Source: Podarcis muralis (lineage: Eukaryota). Taken from it: a stretch of 64,000 bases of DNA. Of the stretch, positions 62,699 through 64,000 are shown piece after piece. The notes beneath the pieces are model-generated. The model was given only the letters and a program-made list of their open reading frames with translations. It did not search any database and was not told the DNA's origin. The position numbers were made by a program, and so were the translations under genes. Each line of letters opens with the position of its first letter. Position 1 is the stretch's first letter. The stretch covers positions 5,642,001 through 5,706,000 of the forward strand of contig NC_135664.1 of the NCBI RefSeq assembly GCF_964188315.1, read 5' to 3'.

Positions 62699-64000
62699 TT
62701 CTGTGCTCATAAGAAGGGCTTAATAGACAACTGAGTCCCTTACTCGTCTCCTACATTGGTGAAAAGGAATATGTCGCCCTTGAAGTTATGCAACTCAGAG
62801 CTCATCTCTTATATATTTTGGAAAGTTGTTTGTCTCTTTGTTCTTCATGCGTTCAGGTGCCTCTTATGACACCATAACTAAATGTCTCATGCTGCTTCCT
62901 GAGATCAAGGAGGAGGTTTTTTTCTATGTTTGGATACAGTTGGATGCCATTTTGAATCAAGGTGGTGGACTGAACCTTTCAAAACTGCATTAGTTTTAAC
63001 CACTGATTTCAAAACAGCACTGATGTTTGTTAGTTAAAATTCACTCCAGAGCAATGCCAGTCACTTTCCACTAGGGCTGAATAAAGTCAAATGAAGACAT
63101 CTCATGGCCATAGCAGATCCACAACTAGATCTCCCAAGCATCTTCACTTTTACATGAAATGATGCAAGAAACACTCCAATTTTGATTAATTTGTAGCAGT
63201 ACTGTGGGAGAAGGGCTAACTCATTTCCTTCTGTGGTGTTTCCCTGATCTAAATTCTTCCTTTTCCCCTCTCCCTGACAGAGACGGGCTCAGAGCTATCT
63301 TGAAGACACAGGAAAGAGTTTGATGCAAATAATGGAGCAGTTCCTATAGCAGTGGTTGTTATGCAAGTGTTTTGCCTAATGAAGTAGGTTTTGTGGAGTG
63401 TTTATAAAAGATCTCACTCTGCAAATAGTTAAGATAGGAATCTGGGTCTTTTTGGGGATGGGGTTGTTTTAAAAAACACAACTCCAACATTCTCTCTATT
63501 TGATTATGCTGGCTCAAAGAAATATTGTAAAGGAGCTCCATATGTCATAGGAAACAGATTATGTAATGCCTTATAATAAGCCACTTTTGCCTCTTCCAAT
63601 TATTTAAAGACTTTAGGCAAAGGATTATAGCTGCATTAATTGCACCGTGGTTTATTGTGCTCAGACTGTGAAATGAGCACATTTTACCCTTTTTCATTAT
63701 TAAACATGTGCACCTACATATTATCAACATCAATACATAATAATTCTTGCTTTCTTATTATGAATAACTAAAAAGGATTTAAAGGTTATCCTTGCTTTTT
63801 AATTTTAGCTCTTGGTTTAACGGCAGTGTAAGATGATAACTCATAATCATAGGTTTCTGTTTTGCACAGTGGATATATATATATATCTAATGAGAAAGAG
63901 AGCTCACTTTCCAAAATATGTTTGAAATCAGAGCAACAAAGGGAATCCTAATTAAGGGAAATTATCTGACTGTGCAATTAGTGTTGAGGAAGTACAGCGA

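Overview
Eukaryotic (squamate, most likely lacertid lizard) genomic DNA; the lineage is inferred from six Sauria SINEs, a BovB-type RTE and reptile CR1/L2 families. The only host coding sequence I can support is one 117-bp internal exon (53198-53314, + strand) of MAGI2 (S-SCAM), encoding [38 protein letters not shown] between canonical splice sites. By recall of the human structure this is exon 2, so the rest of the window is intron 1 and intron 2. The introns are dense with transposon remnants: Sauria and MIR-like SINEs; L1, L2, CR1, BovB and RTE-X LINEs; Penelope-like ends; Tigger-, Tc2- and hAT-type MITEs with TSDs; solo LTRs; and microsatellites. There is one assembly gap (17942-18105). 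No CRISPR array, rRNA, true tRNA gene or prokaryotic system is present. The most notable observations are: (1) a minimal hammerhead ribozyme in a Penelope-like end carrying a G12A core change, beside a perfect 22-bp fold-back of the target DNA; (2) an unexplained ~410-bp inverted repeat pair 2.9 kb apart; (3) a young RTE-X LINE with an uninterrupted ~437-codon RT ORF inside a multi-layer nested TE stack; and (4) a solo LTR with a 6-bp TSD. All family names come from recall and manual reading, not database searches.
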